64,000 nucleotides of DNA from Intoshia linei (Eukaryota > Animalia > Orthonectida): positions 1,093 to 65,092 of the forward strand of contig LWCA01000061.1 in NCBI GenBank assembly GCA_001642005.1. Reading direction: 5' to 3'. This document shows, piece after piece, positions 38,401-53,400 of the stretch. The position numbers and the translations under genes are program-made. The notes under the pieces are model-generated. The model ran no database searches. It was not told where the DNA came from and was given only the letters and a program-made list of their open reading frames with translations. How positions within the stretch are numbered: the stretch's first letter is position 1; the number at the start of each line of letters is the position of its first letter.

Positions 38401-41400
38401 ATCAAATTCCATTACGTAAGGTCGATCGACCAAAAACGGCTTTTAGTTCAACATATGGGGCAAAGTTATACCAATTTGTTGTCATGCCTCAGGGTTTAGT
38501 AAATGCGCCAGTGTCTTGCCAACGTATAATGAACAGAGTTTTTTGTGGTATTTCCAATATTATATTGTATATGGACGATATCTGCAGCACAAAATGTATT
38601 TGAATTGATAAAAACAAAAATTACTACTGCACCTATAATGTCACTTCCAATAGTTAATAAACCGTTCGTGTGAGAATGTGATGCGTCAGCATCTGGTATT
38701 GGAGCGGTATTACTACAAGATAGACATCCTATTGAATATTTAAGCAAAAAATTTACAGATACCAAAATGAGATAATGTACAATTAATATGGAATTCTACG
38801 CAATGGTATATAGTGTTGTCAAGTTTAAGCACTATTTATTAGGAATGCATTTTACTATAATTACGGATGATAATCCACTCGTTCATTTACGTGCCTCTAA
38901 AAATATTACTGACAAACAATTTCGCATGATGTCTAAATTGGAGGAACTTGATTATAATATTATTTATAGGCCAGGTCGATTAAATTTTACGGCCGATTTT
39001 TTGTCGAGAAATTAAAAAATTAACCAAATTTCCTTTCACGATTTCTCAAATTCATTACATCAATCTCAGGATGATGATATTCAACACATAATAAACAAAG
39101 GCGTTAATGATATTCCTCAATCAATTATTGTTAGTGAAAATATTTGTCATAAATAAATTCTTTTGTTGTGCAGCAGCTGTCACATTTTCATTGCATCGTA
39201 AAATATTTATAGCTAATAAATTAGTCTTAGTACGAGAAAAAATGGTTAAAATCATCACCTCTGGTAGTTCTCGTTATATTTTTTACTGGGTAGTTCTAAT
39301 ATTAATACTTTCTATCAAAACATTACAAGTATAGTAAAAAATACATAACACAACAGTAATGATAATTGCATTTTATTAACAGTAAGTTGTCAATATTCAA
39401 CTAAAAATCAGTCTTATAATTAACTACATTCTGCAGAGCTAGCTGATCTTTGTACAAAGTACATCACAGTCAAATTAGTGTATGTATAAAAACCTCTTCA
39501 GTAGAATTGTGATATAAATACGGAACCGAATCCGAAGTAGTCATATCCACTGAAATATGCTTGCTGACAATTGATCCATATGATCTAATAAATAAAATTA
39601 TATTTTAAATTTAAAAAATGTACGTGGCAGCAAGTTTTATTTGATTCAAATTTTCTTCTAAATCTTCATAATAATCATAATTTTCATTTTCAATTATTCT
39701 TAAGTATAATTTTTTCATTTCATTGATAATATTTTTGTAACAATCGCGGCTGATAGAATAAGAAAATATCTCGCTTGAATCGCTTGAATCTGATTGTATT
39801 TTTTCTTCAAAATGTATAGATAATTTTTTACAATTTGGTAATTTTGATAGAATTAATTTAATTTTTTCTTCTCGGGATACTATAAAGATAATTAATAAAT
39901 AATGACAAAACCAACAAATAACTAATTTCGTACAATACTGGTCTAAAAATTGCAAGTTTCAAATATTTACATTTAACAATCATTAAAAAAAATCACTTAA
40001 CTCATTCCGGAATCCGGATAAACCATTAAGATTTAAGGAAAACTAACATTTTAGCATTCCACTGAGAAAAATAAAATGTCAAAAATTTGCGATTAGTTAG
40101 GGCTACCATATTATAGTAGTACTAGCTTAGCTGGTTTGTACTTTGTACAAACAGCACCTAGCTCTGCCGAAAGCGAATATATCTAATGTTAGTATTAAAA
40201 ATTAAATCTATTATGGTTCAAATCACTTTTATGAACCAATTAAAGTAAGGCTACAAAAATGTATTATCGTAGATCATAACTTCATATAATTCTACTGAAA
40301 ATTTTCCTAAATGTATATCAGAATGAATACATTATGATGATTAATCAGGTTTGCCAACTGCGCTATTTTCCCCCTAACAGTTCGAGTTTTCAAATTCAAC
40401 TTAGGGATCAGGGTTAAGTAATATTTCACAGGGTAATTTAATTATTTCAATAAAAATCATCAGATCAGACATTTTATTTATATTCGATAATTTTTTTCTC
40501 TATGGTAAAAGACTCTTAGTGTTGGCAGTTAATTTTATTTTATTACTTAGAGACACCCATATTTTGTTTTTTTTCTCAAAAGTATTCATCATAAAGTCAT
40601 TTTGAAATGTGCTATATGTTATGAAAAATTTAAAGTATTCATTTTAAAATTTGCAATAAAAATTGTGTGTAAACTGTTATTTTTTGAAAAAGAGAGGATC
40701 CAAAAAAAATTTATTTATTTATAAAAAATTTCAGAATTAAATTTAAAGGTTCAAAATGAACAACCAAACATGACGACCAACACAAGACCACTCAAAACAT
40801 AACTACAGGATCTCATCGTAACATTCGAGTAAATAAAGTTATATTTTAGTTTTGTAGAACATTTTTGTATGAAATTTTTAAAATGGCAAGCTCTTCCACT
40901 AAAAATTTCCGAAAATTTTTCTTCTTTTCACGATTATCATAAAACTATCACACGCAACTTTATCAGTATTTGGACCTAATTTATAAAATTTTGATACACT
41001 CCTAATATACATGTATTATTTTCATGATCCATCAAATTTAAAAAATAATCTCAAATTTCATTTACATATTTCTTAAGATATCAAAAAAACAATTATTAAT
41101 TGCTTTTATTATTGTATTCCGTATCAACTCTATTGTTAAAAAAATTTTGTAAATTAAAAAAATATCGATTGTCTTTGTAACATATCACAACTAGGGTCAC
41201 AATTAACAAAAAGTTAATCACATTTTAACCGTTTTATGGCACATTCTTAAATGTATTACAGACGATAACCATATAAACTAAATTAAATTTAAAATTATTT
41301 AAATTTTTATTTTTATCATGTAAAATGTACATGTAATTTAGTGTAAATTTACACTAATTTTAACTTATATTTTATTTATTATGTATGTATTTTTATTTAT

Positions 41401-44400
41401 TATTATTTACTAAAATTTAATTTAATTTTTGTTAGTTGAAAGTACAATTTCAAAAAATTTCAATGAAAATTTATCAGAAAAACAATAATTTTGAAATTTA
41501 TTATCAATCTGCAAAATCTGCCCAAGAATGTGCCATAAGATAGTCAAAAAACGGTGGCCCTCATCACAACTCATGTGTATATTAAAATGAACCATTATTT
41601 ATTCATTCTAATTCTATTACTTAGCAACACGAGTAAAAAATTCATTATCAATCACTGCAGAATATAAATCTTATTGTAATTTTCTGCATTAAAACATTAA
41701 TCTACGATTCTTGTAACGTACAAATACTACAGTCTTTATGGGGCGATAATTTTATTTATGTTGAAAAATAGGCAATTCTCCAAAAAACGTTAAGAACCAC
41801 TGATATCATGATCTTATTGAGACGTCTATTCTTCATACTTTTTTCTGGTAAATGTTACTTTTCTTTTTGGCATTTTCAAACAATGAGTTATTGTTTTATT
41901 TATTTTATTTTATAAATACGCTGCTGTAGTGTTAAAATTTAAGTAAAGTTTATAAAAAAATGTTATGAAAATGAAAATTTGAAATTTAAAAATTGCTAAG
42001 AAATGAATTATATAGATTTTCACCCATATGTCTTCTTTGAAAATGTGTAGACGTACAATACACATTTTTTTTAAAATTGTAGGATCAATATTTACATTTT
42101 CAATTTTTAATTTTAATGGAAATATTTAAAAAATATTGGTTGATAATATATTAAAAATTATTTTTCACCATGAATGCGTAGATTTCTGAGGTTGAAATTT
42201 TGTATTTATATCAACTGGAATAAGCTCTACAGAAAAATCTCTTTTTAAATTTTTTGGACCGTTAATTATTTCATATTTTTTGTTTTAATAAAATATTTCG
42301 GAAAAAAATATATATGAATATTAAAATGCTTTTTTGACCGTGAAGTCGTCACTTATTCGGATTGACATAAATACTAAAACGATTTTTTGACCGTGAATTC
42401 GTCACTTATTCGGATTAAATTTTTTTATTTGTGTTCACATGATACAACTCTACCACCTGTAAATTTTTGATGAAAAAAATAGCACTATCAACGCAACTTA
42501 TTGACTTAAAAACTACTTTCTAGCGTTTATAATTTCGTGCAAAATTACATGCTTACAATTATATAAAGTCAATAAAATTAGCATTATCATCGAATTTTTA
42601 GTGCTATAAAATGTCGACTCTAGTGATGATATATATTCAGTATCACTTTAATAAAGGCAGTCTATTTATTAGCCATCAAATAAAATGCGCTAACATCAAA
42701 TAAAGTGACATAACATCAAATTGTAAATTCTATCATCAAATAAATACGATAGCAGTCAAAAGAAAGTAATTAGACAATACTAATTACTATATTAGTAGGT
42801 TAGTTAGTACTATACTATATTATCTATACTACTATACTATATACTATCTTTCATTTAATTTGAAGGCAATTTATTACGTCTAGCAACAATACATATATTT
42901 GTGCTCAAATTAAATGTTATACCATCAGTAAAGTTAATTTATCAAATAATAACATTTAAAGTCAAATTAATTTTATTCAACATCTAAATTTCATTCAGCA
43001 AGATTAATTTTAATTAACAAAGATTAAAAATTAATATTCATTAATAAATTTGAACAATATCAAAGGAAAATGGTCCGCTTCACTGAACATAAAATTTTAT
43101 TGCTCATTGTTGAGTCATATAATTTGAAATTGAAATATTGGAAACAAATGAAAATATATTTGATGGATATATGAAAAAATGTTCCAAGAATATGAAGTAT
43201 GTTATAAAAATCAGGAATAGAAGCTATCAACGTGTACTTGTCGATTCTTTTTAAAAAATTTTAAATGTAAACACTTAATATTGGTAGCAATGCATTTAAA
43301 TTTATTGAAAAATGATGATTTATTGGTTGAATCAAAATCAATTTTTGTCGGAGAGAAAAATGAGAGGACGCCCAAAGGAGTCACAATAGCTTTAATTGTA
43401 GATTAAATAAACATTAATCAGTAGTAAATTTACTGTTTTCCTCATCTTATTTATATATAATTTGATACTACACATGCGATTTAATTTGATATTTATTGTA
43501 ATTATTTGACTGTTCAATCAACTATTTTAATTTAAATTCAATTTTATATTCTTAAAAATATCTTTATTTTGACTTGATGTGTGTTAACATGATACAACTC
43601 TACCACCTGTAAATTTTTTGAAGTTCTAGGGCTGTTTTAAAAAAAAAGGAATGGAATTTGGGGTTTTGGCCATGAAGATAAAATTTTTTTAAATTTAAAT
43701 TTATGATAATGTTTATGATTTTAAAATCCGCATCAGCGTATATATTTTTTTAAATTCTCGAACTCGTTTGATTTTCAAAAAAAAGACAATTGGGATATAT
43801 ATTTTTTTAAATTCTCCAACTCGTTTGATTTTCAAAAAGAGGGACAATTTTTTAAATGCTCCAATTCGTTTAATTTTCAAAAAGAGGGACAACAGGGGTT
43901 TTTGACTCTTAAAATGTGAAATTGGGAGGTTGAAATATATTAATATACGTCCCGAAAAAAACTGTAATTGAAATGTGGTCTTAAAAAAATTCTAAGACGG
44001 GTAGTTATTTAAATGAAGTTGAACACACAGACACACAAACAAAAATCGCATAGCCTTTTATATAAGTTAGGATTATAATTTACATTTATTATCATCTTTT
44101 ATTACGTCCTGCTTGCAAACTATTTGTTCAATTGAAATATTTTCAAAAAACCATAAATCCTAGACAAAATTGTTAATATAAAAGATAAATTAAATTACAC
44201 GGTCACCTTCCACAAATTCTGTAAGTAAATCTCCATTATATTGACTTGGTAAAGGTAGTGTATACATATTTGAATCCAAAAACCTTTCTTCTTGAAGCCA
44301 ATAGCAAAAACTTTGAGAATAACTAAAAATATTATGAACAAAAACATTGAATTTAAACTTAAACTTTCTATACAAAAACAAAAATACCTAATTTTTCGGT

Positions 44401-47400
44401 TATAAAGTGTGATTGAATTTTCTAAACTTTTATTGTCTTTTTGAAAAGAAATTTCTAAAAAAGAATTAAAATTGAAAAAATGAAATAATTAGTAATTATC
44501 TCAAAATGTTACCTTTATTATATTTATCAAAAAGATCCAGTTTGTGTTTTTTAACCAAATTTGTATAATATATATTCAGTTCTTCTGCCATCAAATTCAA
44601 ATCATTAAATACGCTCTTTCCTTTTTTTAATTTTAAATACTTTCGAATTATCTGAGGATCAAAATTGGTTCTAATAAATATTTATAATTATTAGAGTTAA
44701 GAGTAGTGCAGTGCTTTCCAACCGGTGTGTCTTGACACTTTTGTGTGTCGCCAAACAATTTTATTTAATTTTTTTAAATTCCATTAGCAGACAATACAAT
44801 TGTAAGACTTAAAAATGCAAATCAAAGATATTTTTAGTGATAATGATAAATTTTACATAGCTTATTTTCAGATTATTATTAGAAAAAAATTAGTTCAACT
44901 ATATTTATCAATCAATCGTATATTTTTTTGATTGGTGTGTCGGGAAATTTTTTGAGATTAAAATATGTGTCGCTAACCAAAAATGGTTGGAAAGCATTGG
45001 AGTAGTGTTTCAGAATTAAAAATTCTTTGACAAAGTCATTAACCAGGATGGAATAAAACAGACCCGGATAAAATTAAGGCAATAATTAAATAGAACACCA
45101 TACAGTATGCTAACTTAATACAATAACACAGTAAATAACGTGTTGTAAATTAAACTTAAGGATAGTTAAATTGTAATCAGTTTTTCATTAAGTTATACTA
45201 TTTAACTAAAGTGCCCAGAAACATTTAGAGACAAAACTTTAGAAGTAAAATAAATGACAGATACCGCTTTTCACATATGCACTCCATTATCAAATTGTCT
45301 TCCAGTATTATGTTTTGTGGTGCCGTAATGGTGAAACGGAAGAAGGTCCCAGTCAAATTAATTTGGATGAATTGTGGATAATTATTAAGGTTTACATGTA
45401 ATCGTTAAATTTTAAGTATAGGTAATTATTAAAATCTCACATAAGATATTTTGATGTCTAAGGGTTAATGCATATTTGTGTTTCATCTGATAACAATGGT
45501 GACAATCTTTTTTTCCGCTAACACCGCTAACTTTTTTTTTCAATAATTTTATTAAAAATTAAAAAAATTCATTCATTAATACATAAAAACATTTTTAATA
45601 TGTATTGTTAATAATATATAAACATACATTTTTAACGTTTACCCTTGCCAGAGCTAGCTACTCGTTATACAACGTGAAAAATAGACAAGCTAGTAATATT
45701 AAAACAAACTAATATAATATTATCGATCACTCAAACATTCTATATTGAGGTAATGTAATAAAAGCTTAATAAAAATAAAATGTAGTAATAAAACATGAAC
45801 ATACCTATTATTAACCACCCTTTGAAATCGTTTAAGATAAATTGAAAAAAACCGATTCCAAGCATTCATAGTAATAATAGAATCAACACTAAGTCTTTTA
45901 ATGAATTCAACCCACAACAAAATGGATGTTGACGTTTTGGAAGGAATTCTACATTCATTTTTGAAATTCTAATTACATTAATACATTAAATACGAATAAA
46001 AATATGCCATTTACTTGTACAGATTCAAGAAAGTTGGAATCAGAAACATCATAATCAACGTATTTGATTTTTTTCCATAATTCATTTTTTTCTTCATACA
46101 TTTGAAGGCAGTAGATGAAATAAAATGATATATAATATGCATTTTTAAATTGATTGTTATATATTGTGCTTTGTACTGGCCATTTACTTGATATCCAAAT
46201 ATCTTTAAATGTTTTGTTTTCATCTTCATCTATATTCTTTTCTCCAGATTCTATTTTATAATATTTATCCAATATATCCTAAATTTTTTTTCAATTTAAT
46301 ATTATTTTAATTGAACTTCATAAATTTTTATTAAAAAATCTAATAGTTTTTTTTGGTAATTTGAGTTGTCACTACATTTTTTGAAAAGAGCATTTAGAAT
46401 ATTGACATTGTTTCTAAATTTTAATAAAATCATTAAAGTGTAGATTACAGCATAATAGAAATCCATAGATTAGTGCGATTTAGTAAATTGGTAAGGTAGG
46501 TTATGCATTATGAAATATTATAATTATCGATTATATTGAAATTGGTTGTTTATAAGCTTATTTATTTTGAGAATTGGATAAAGCATACTATGTTATTATG
46601 ATTTTTAAATAAATAGTACCAATAGATTGACTTTAGTTAATCAAGATGACACAATTTTTACTGCCTTACGAAATATCACAAATTCTTAGCTAATAGATAA
46701 TGGCCTAAATTACCAGCACGTTGGAATCTCGTTATATTTATAACTGGTTGTTCTACGGTTAACGATTCGCAACTTGGTATGGATTCTAGTTTCACTTATT
46801 AGCTAATTTCTTAAGTGAAAGTAACGGCACTAATCATTGCATAATAGTTATCTACATCAATTAACCATTTCGCTATCTACATTCTATGTTATGCCAGTAT
46901 AATAATGAAAAACGTTATTCTTTTATGCTATATGCTCCTATATTTTCAATGTGAATCACATTTATAATTTCAAATTATACAAATTTGAATTAAAATAAAT
47001 TTCAGACTGCGAAAGGGTTCATAAAAGCTAATTACTTTGATTCAAACCACATTTGCCAGGATATGATACTTTCGATAATGAGAAAAATTTCATCAATATT
47101 GTGCATTTGCTCCTATATTGATAATTATTTTTATTAGCCTGTGCCCTTACACAAATAAAAAAAATTATAAATGTAAAAAATATTAAAATTTCTATTCACG
47201 AACATTATTTGGAGATTCTAAATTCCTAACTCAAAAAAATAGCGAACATTTTAAAAACAATTTTTAATGCTAATATTCTATAAAAATATATAATGTAGTA
47301 GCCATCATGCTAATTAATGCTTGATAGTTGTTTATTTATTATTTTTATTTTGTATATTGTCATGGAAACTTTAGTTAATTGCATTCATTATTATATAATT

Positions 47401-50400
47401 ATAATTACCATTAAATTTCACTACAGTTGCTATGTTTTATGTCAGCGTTAATACAATTTTTAAACACGATAAATAACGTGTACCAGTTAACTGATAATAT
47501 ATAATTAATTCAAATTTTTTGTAACTATAGATTTTCAAATTTAATTTAACTTTAAATTTATTTTATTTGATTTTTTTCAAATATAATTTGATCTTTCGTA
47601 TTTATTAACTATCTGATCCTTTTACATTGCATATACAGTGCAATACAAATAAAAAACAAATAAAGTTGGAACCGGTCAATGATCTTAATTTTATATTACA
47701 CAACATTAAGGTCGTTACGGAGATACATACGACATATTTTGTGTAATTTAGTTTTAATCATTTTTCTTAAAGGGTTAGAGTTCATAAAAACAAACATTTG
47801 TTTTACAACGCTTATTTTATGACTTTTTCATGTACATTTGAACTAAATTTTAAGTCGAAAGTTTGTGTCATAATAGATAAATAGTTTTGGCTTAAAATTA
47901 ACACCAAATAAACTAAAATGGATATTTTTAAACATATTTTTATAATCACTTTAATTAAAATAAACATCGACGTTTTCGCTTTCAGTGGAGCTAGATACGA
48001 AGTACAAAGCAGATACGCTAGCATATAAGAGTATTCAAAATAATAATAATAATAATAAATTAATTTTTTTAAATACCACAAGGTAAACATTGTCTAATTT
48101 TTCGCATTGCAAATCATTAATTTCAATTTCGCCAATATATGTCATAATTGTGTGCTTGAATCTATAAATTAAGTTAATAATTAAACTGTGATACTTTTCT
48201 CTAATTTTGCCATCCGGGTCTTTAGAACTCAATACCCTTGGTATTATCAATCTTATTAAATCATTTGTACAATTTTTAAAATAATAACGATATGAAACAT
48301 TTTCAGATTGTACTATGATATCGACATGTTTGAGAATTTTCAATATATGCAATCTAAACATAAATAATATCTATAAAATTATATCATGACTTTATTGTAA
48401 AATTTGATGTGGAAGAAAATAGTCAAACACCAAATCAAAAATTTGCATAGTTGATATTAATACCAATCATTCAGTATAAGTCTATTATGCTATTTAAACG
48501 GACAACGAATACGAACTCTTAAAACAGAATTAGAAATACTTCTTAATATGTTGGTATATGTCGCGGACAACACAAAGTTTATGTATATTATAGTCTATGC
48601 TTCTTAAAAAAACATAATTATCCATCAGTACATCCATTGAATCTTGCTCTAACAAACGAAGTGGCCGAACGTGGAATACACAGAGTCCAATACCTTCGTG
48701 AAATGGCGTCAGTCAAGTATATTGATAATGAATTATTAAATGACAGTGTTAATCATCTTAAAAATTATATTACATTTAATAATTACTACTCAAAATAAAG
48801 TTACATTCAAATTAAAAGGGTAGTTTTAAATCGCTGAGTAGTCCGATGTTTTTGCAATAATATAAAAAACTAAAATAATAGAGGTTAGTTTTAACTGATT
48901 TATCACGTTGAACGACCCTGGATTTTTTGTTTTAGAAAAATGTTAACACCTTAATGCTCCATTTTCTGCTGACAAAAGTGCAAATTTACTAAAACTGCAC
49001 TAAAAACTTACCAAATATTTAGTACTTTTGGAGTGGTTGCTCTAATCCTTACCTATATAAAGTAATATCGCTAAAAATGTATGTCTCTTTATTTATTTGT
49101 CCGTTTCAATTTACTTAACCCTTAAACACCTTGATTTTTTTTACATGAAATTTTACAAAAGCTAATAATCAAAAAATCTAACCTTCAAAAATTTACATAA
49201 TTGAAGTAAAAATAAACTAGCTTCAGAATAAGCAATACAAATAAACACGCCTCTATCAAAAAGTGTGGTTCTATAACAAAAAATATTCAAATGGAATGTT
49301 GACAGTTTAATATTTAAAAAAAGTAATTAAATTTACTAGACAAAATAGCATGTCATCAATTTAAATTATTTCATGCGTATCAAAAAAATAATAGATAGGC
49401 GTGTTTATAGTCTAATCATTATAGACTACACATTAGACTCTAATGCATAAAATATAAATCTCATTTTGTACTTACATTTTCTATATTTTGTTACTTTTAG
49501 TTTATACTGTACTTACTTTATACTATATATTACTTTATATGTTACTTTTAACCCTTACGAGACTATGCTGATTTTCAAAATTGAAAGCAAAAAATTTCAC
49601 TTTTGCAATGTTAAAAAACACTAAAATTTAAAGCTTAAAATTCACAAATTTCAAATGTCATTGATTTGTAAAGTGAACAACTTAAATTTGGCTAAGAATT
49701 ATCAATAAAATATATTTAATTTATGACACACAACTACAATGACGTTGCGTCTATTGTATTTCGAATATAATTTATTTTATTGTTGACACAAAGTAAACAT
49801 TGATAATAAAATTAATTTTTACGCATATTACATGTTATTGTATGAGCAGTAATTTGTTCAAAATTTATATTGGTACCGCCTTATTATGGTTTGTATACAA
49901 ACCAATGTAAATTTATGACTGTAGTTTTTGGCATCTATACATGCAATTGTCTCGTAAGGGTTAAAACCTCACATATGAAATTATGGTGTCTAAGGGGTAA
50001 GAAAGTAAGAGGAGTCGAGATTTAAAAATTCCATATTTATAATACAGTTTTTCCAGAGTGAGGTTTTATGTCAAATTTCATTTTTAGAAATTGAGTCCTT
50101 CAATGTCAAAAACCTCAATTATCCTTTTTTTAATCATTGAACGAATCCTAGAATTATAAAAAATACACAATCAGTAGTTTGTGTTCAAAGCCGACCGAAT
50201 GGTGTTTCGCATCGGGTAAGTGACTCCAATGTTGACATCTTGACAGGTGGGATGGTTTCAACCAGATTATCAGAACCCATTATGTATTTACGGTGAGGTT
50301 CGAATATGGTAGGCTCCGATCTGAACTTTTAGATAAAAAGTTTTTTCTAAAACTACCTTTGGATGATATTAAAATATTTTTTACATTTCATTTGATTTCT

Positions 50401-53400
50401 TCTCATAGTATATGATAAAATTTACTTTTTACAGTGAAGTAATAAAAAAGCATAAAAATAATGTGCTATTTCATTATCAGACTTTTCCGATTCCAGCATC
50501 GTATTCAAACGACCCATTCTTTCGTCGTTTTTCAATTCTTTATCATTTTCAAAATTAAGTTTTGTGTTGTAGGTATTGATTAATCTTGAAACAACAGTTG
50601 TCATACATAATAATGGGTCGATAAAATTTCCCACACCCGAACGAGTAAAAGTGGAGGTAATCTAAATTTTAATATCATTTTCACATAAAAATGAATAATT
50701 TGGATAACTATTAAAATATACATTATATACATATAAAGTAGAATGTTTCACATTTCGAAAAATATTAGATTTTTATACAATTGAATTTCTTATATGAACT
50801 TGAATAGCTTCTACCCTAATAATTGCTAATATATTATTATATATTATATTATTAGTATTGCTTTCATACCGTGAAACACCTTAATATTAATATTAACCTT
50901 AGATATTGCACTAATGAAATAATCGTAATTTCCAATGTTTTTTTCATTGCTCCATAATTCTGTAACAATATGAACAGTTGACAAAAAATATTCAAATGTA
51001 ATTTCACTATCAAAAGACACTCGATTTAATAAATGTAAAAGTAGATTAATTTTGTCTTTCGATAAAGTTTCTCTGTTTTCAATAATAAAGAATAAATTTT
51101 GAAATGTATTGTAATCTAAATGTAACATTTCAACGGCAGTTGAAGTATTGAGATCATGAACAATTTCCTATAATAAAAAAAATAAGCTACAATAGTTGAA
51201 CATTGTTCAATGAACATGAGGTTGTCTATTTGCTTGTAACGATTCCGAAAAAATTAAGAATTTTACAATTCTGAAAATCCACAAATAATTTTTAATTTAA
51301 ATATTTAGACCCCTTTAAATTATTCTAAATTGTATCTTTACGGTCAAAAAACTCACTATTTTATAAACCGATATTTTGAAAATTAGTGCATAAAAATTAA
51401 AATTATCAAGTATAAAAGCATCGTATTACATTTCAATTTCAGAAATTTGCATCTTCAATATCAAAAAACCATGTAACCTTTGTGCTACAAAACATACACA
51501 GAAAACGCACTACCAAACAGACAAGCTATTAAATAGATAAAATTACCATTTCAGTGTTGATGATTCGATTAATATTAAAAACAATATGAATAGGCAAAGT
51601 AGAAAAAACTAAATTATGCTTTTTGTCTTTATTTTTAAAAGTAGACCAAAGAAACTTTGAAATAACCTGAAGATTATCAAAATATTCACAATTATTAAAA
51701 GTATCATTACTGATATAACATGTATCAAACAAGGCCATAGATATAGAATCATTAATTTTTGGGTTCTGTTTGGTTGACACTATAGACAAAAGTTTGATAA
51801 AATCAACAAGCTGCAAATGAGTTATTTTGGAATGAGTCAATATATAGTAGACATTGTTGTAAGCTTGTGTATACCGTTTAGCCGCATAAATGGTATTGAT
51901 ATTAGCCTCACAATGAGCAGTAAAAGCCCATATCAAATTGTACAATTTCTCTTTAGACATTCGATGTAGAGGTAGCCGACGTATAAGAGAAAAGGAATGA
52001 AAATTTAAAGTACAATAAATATCAAAAACGTTAAACAGTAAAAGATATTCAATTTCAGATATAACTTGTAAGAACATATTGATATCTTGACTAGTTTTCT
52101 CAAACTTAGCCAAAACACTCTTGTTGATTACAAAAAATAATTCATACAAATTACCCATAACACCAAAACATTCATTCGTTATAATGGAATCGTTCATTTT
52201 TTCAACAATTAATAGTAAATGACAGATTAAACATTTCATAAAATTTTTAACATCTTTATAAGATTCTATCATTTCATTAAAATCCACATTTTCAAATAAT
52301 TTAGATAAATCATATTTTTCATTGCAGCAATCAACGCCATATAATGATAAAAAAACATTTTTAAAATCAAATTGATTGAGCAAATTAATCATATCATCAC
52401 TCGAAGTTTTTGTATAAATTTCCTTATTAATTATATTCACATGACCATCTTCATCCATTTCAACCCATTCATTTTCCACAAGTATTGAATTTTCAGATAT
52501 AATTTTATTGTAAATACTATCCAAATCATGAAAATCAAACAATGAAATATTTGCAAGTAAATCAAAGTATTGAGACATGCCCACATTTATTAATCTTTTT
52601 GGATTTAAAAAAATACAACAGGTTGACATTGAATCATATGGTAAACGCAACAAGTGGTAAATTGTAAAGTTTTCTATAGCAAAATATGTCGACTTATTTT
52701 TTACGTTTTCTTGGATAAAGGAATACAGTTCATATAATAATTGTAGAAAATAGTTGATTACGAAATTAGATTTCAAAATGTATGATAATCGTAAACTGCA
52801 ATATATTTCATTTAAATATTCAAATATATTGCGCAATGAAGATGTATTTGTTTCACTTTTATCAAATTCTGTAGTCAACTTTTCTATTCCATTTTCAATG
52901 TCCATTCTAATACATTTAAATTAGATTTTTATGTGTTTTAAATTAAATTTCATTTATTTGAATAATATAGTCTATGGCAGTGACATGGGGGCCGGAATAA
53001 CTTAACAAAAAATCCGCGGACCAAATGGAGAATATACATGACGGTATTTTAAATTAACGATTTAAAATTTAAGTTCATGATCTAGAAATAACAAGTCTAT
53101 ACTATCGAGTCGATATATATTTAAAATCTAAGTCTATGATTGTTGTAATTTGTATGTATGATAATTTGTAAAATATCACCGGTGTATTTTGTAATAGATT
53201 TGTAATTTGTGGACCGGATAAAATTCAATTTCTGGACTGATTTGGCTCGCGGCCGTAGTTTGGTGGCCACTGGTCTATGGCATATATTCTATGCACATTC
53301 AAAATATTTATGGGACACACCATATACTTCAATATCTTTTGTTCTATAAAGAAGACCTTGGTAAAAATGTATGCCTGTGTACTTGTAACCATTTATACAG

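Noticed and set aside
46500-47200. Possible hAT transposase remnant (EIPTCW, resembling DVPTRW)
   Set aside because: Too degraded to support; only one weak motif.
50230-50280. Possible hammerhead ribozyme on the minus strand (CTGATAA...GAAAC)
   Set aside because: The core deviates from CUGANGA, and no convincing stems I-III could be drawn.
50660-50830. Possible stop-codon readthrough or alternative genetic code in an EPG5 exon
   Set aside because: On recounting, the apparent TGA=Trp alignment is out of frame, and a GT donor (ATT|GTATAA) precedes the TAA. Notch, COQ4, SLC46 and the lipase all splice cleanly under the standard code.
53328-53343. 16-nt candidate micro-exon in EPG5 (would need a GC donor near 55677)
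   Set aside because: Direct splicing 55650 to 52906 with a GT donor keeps the frame and gives the spacing expected from EPG5 homologues.
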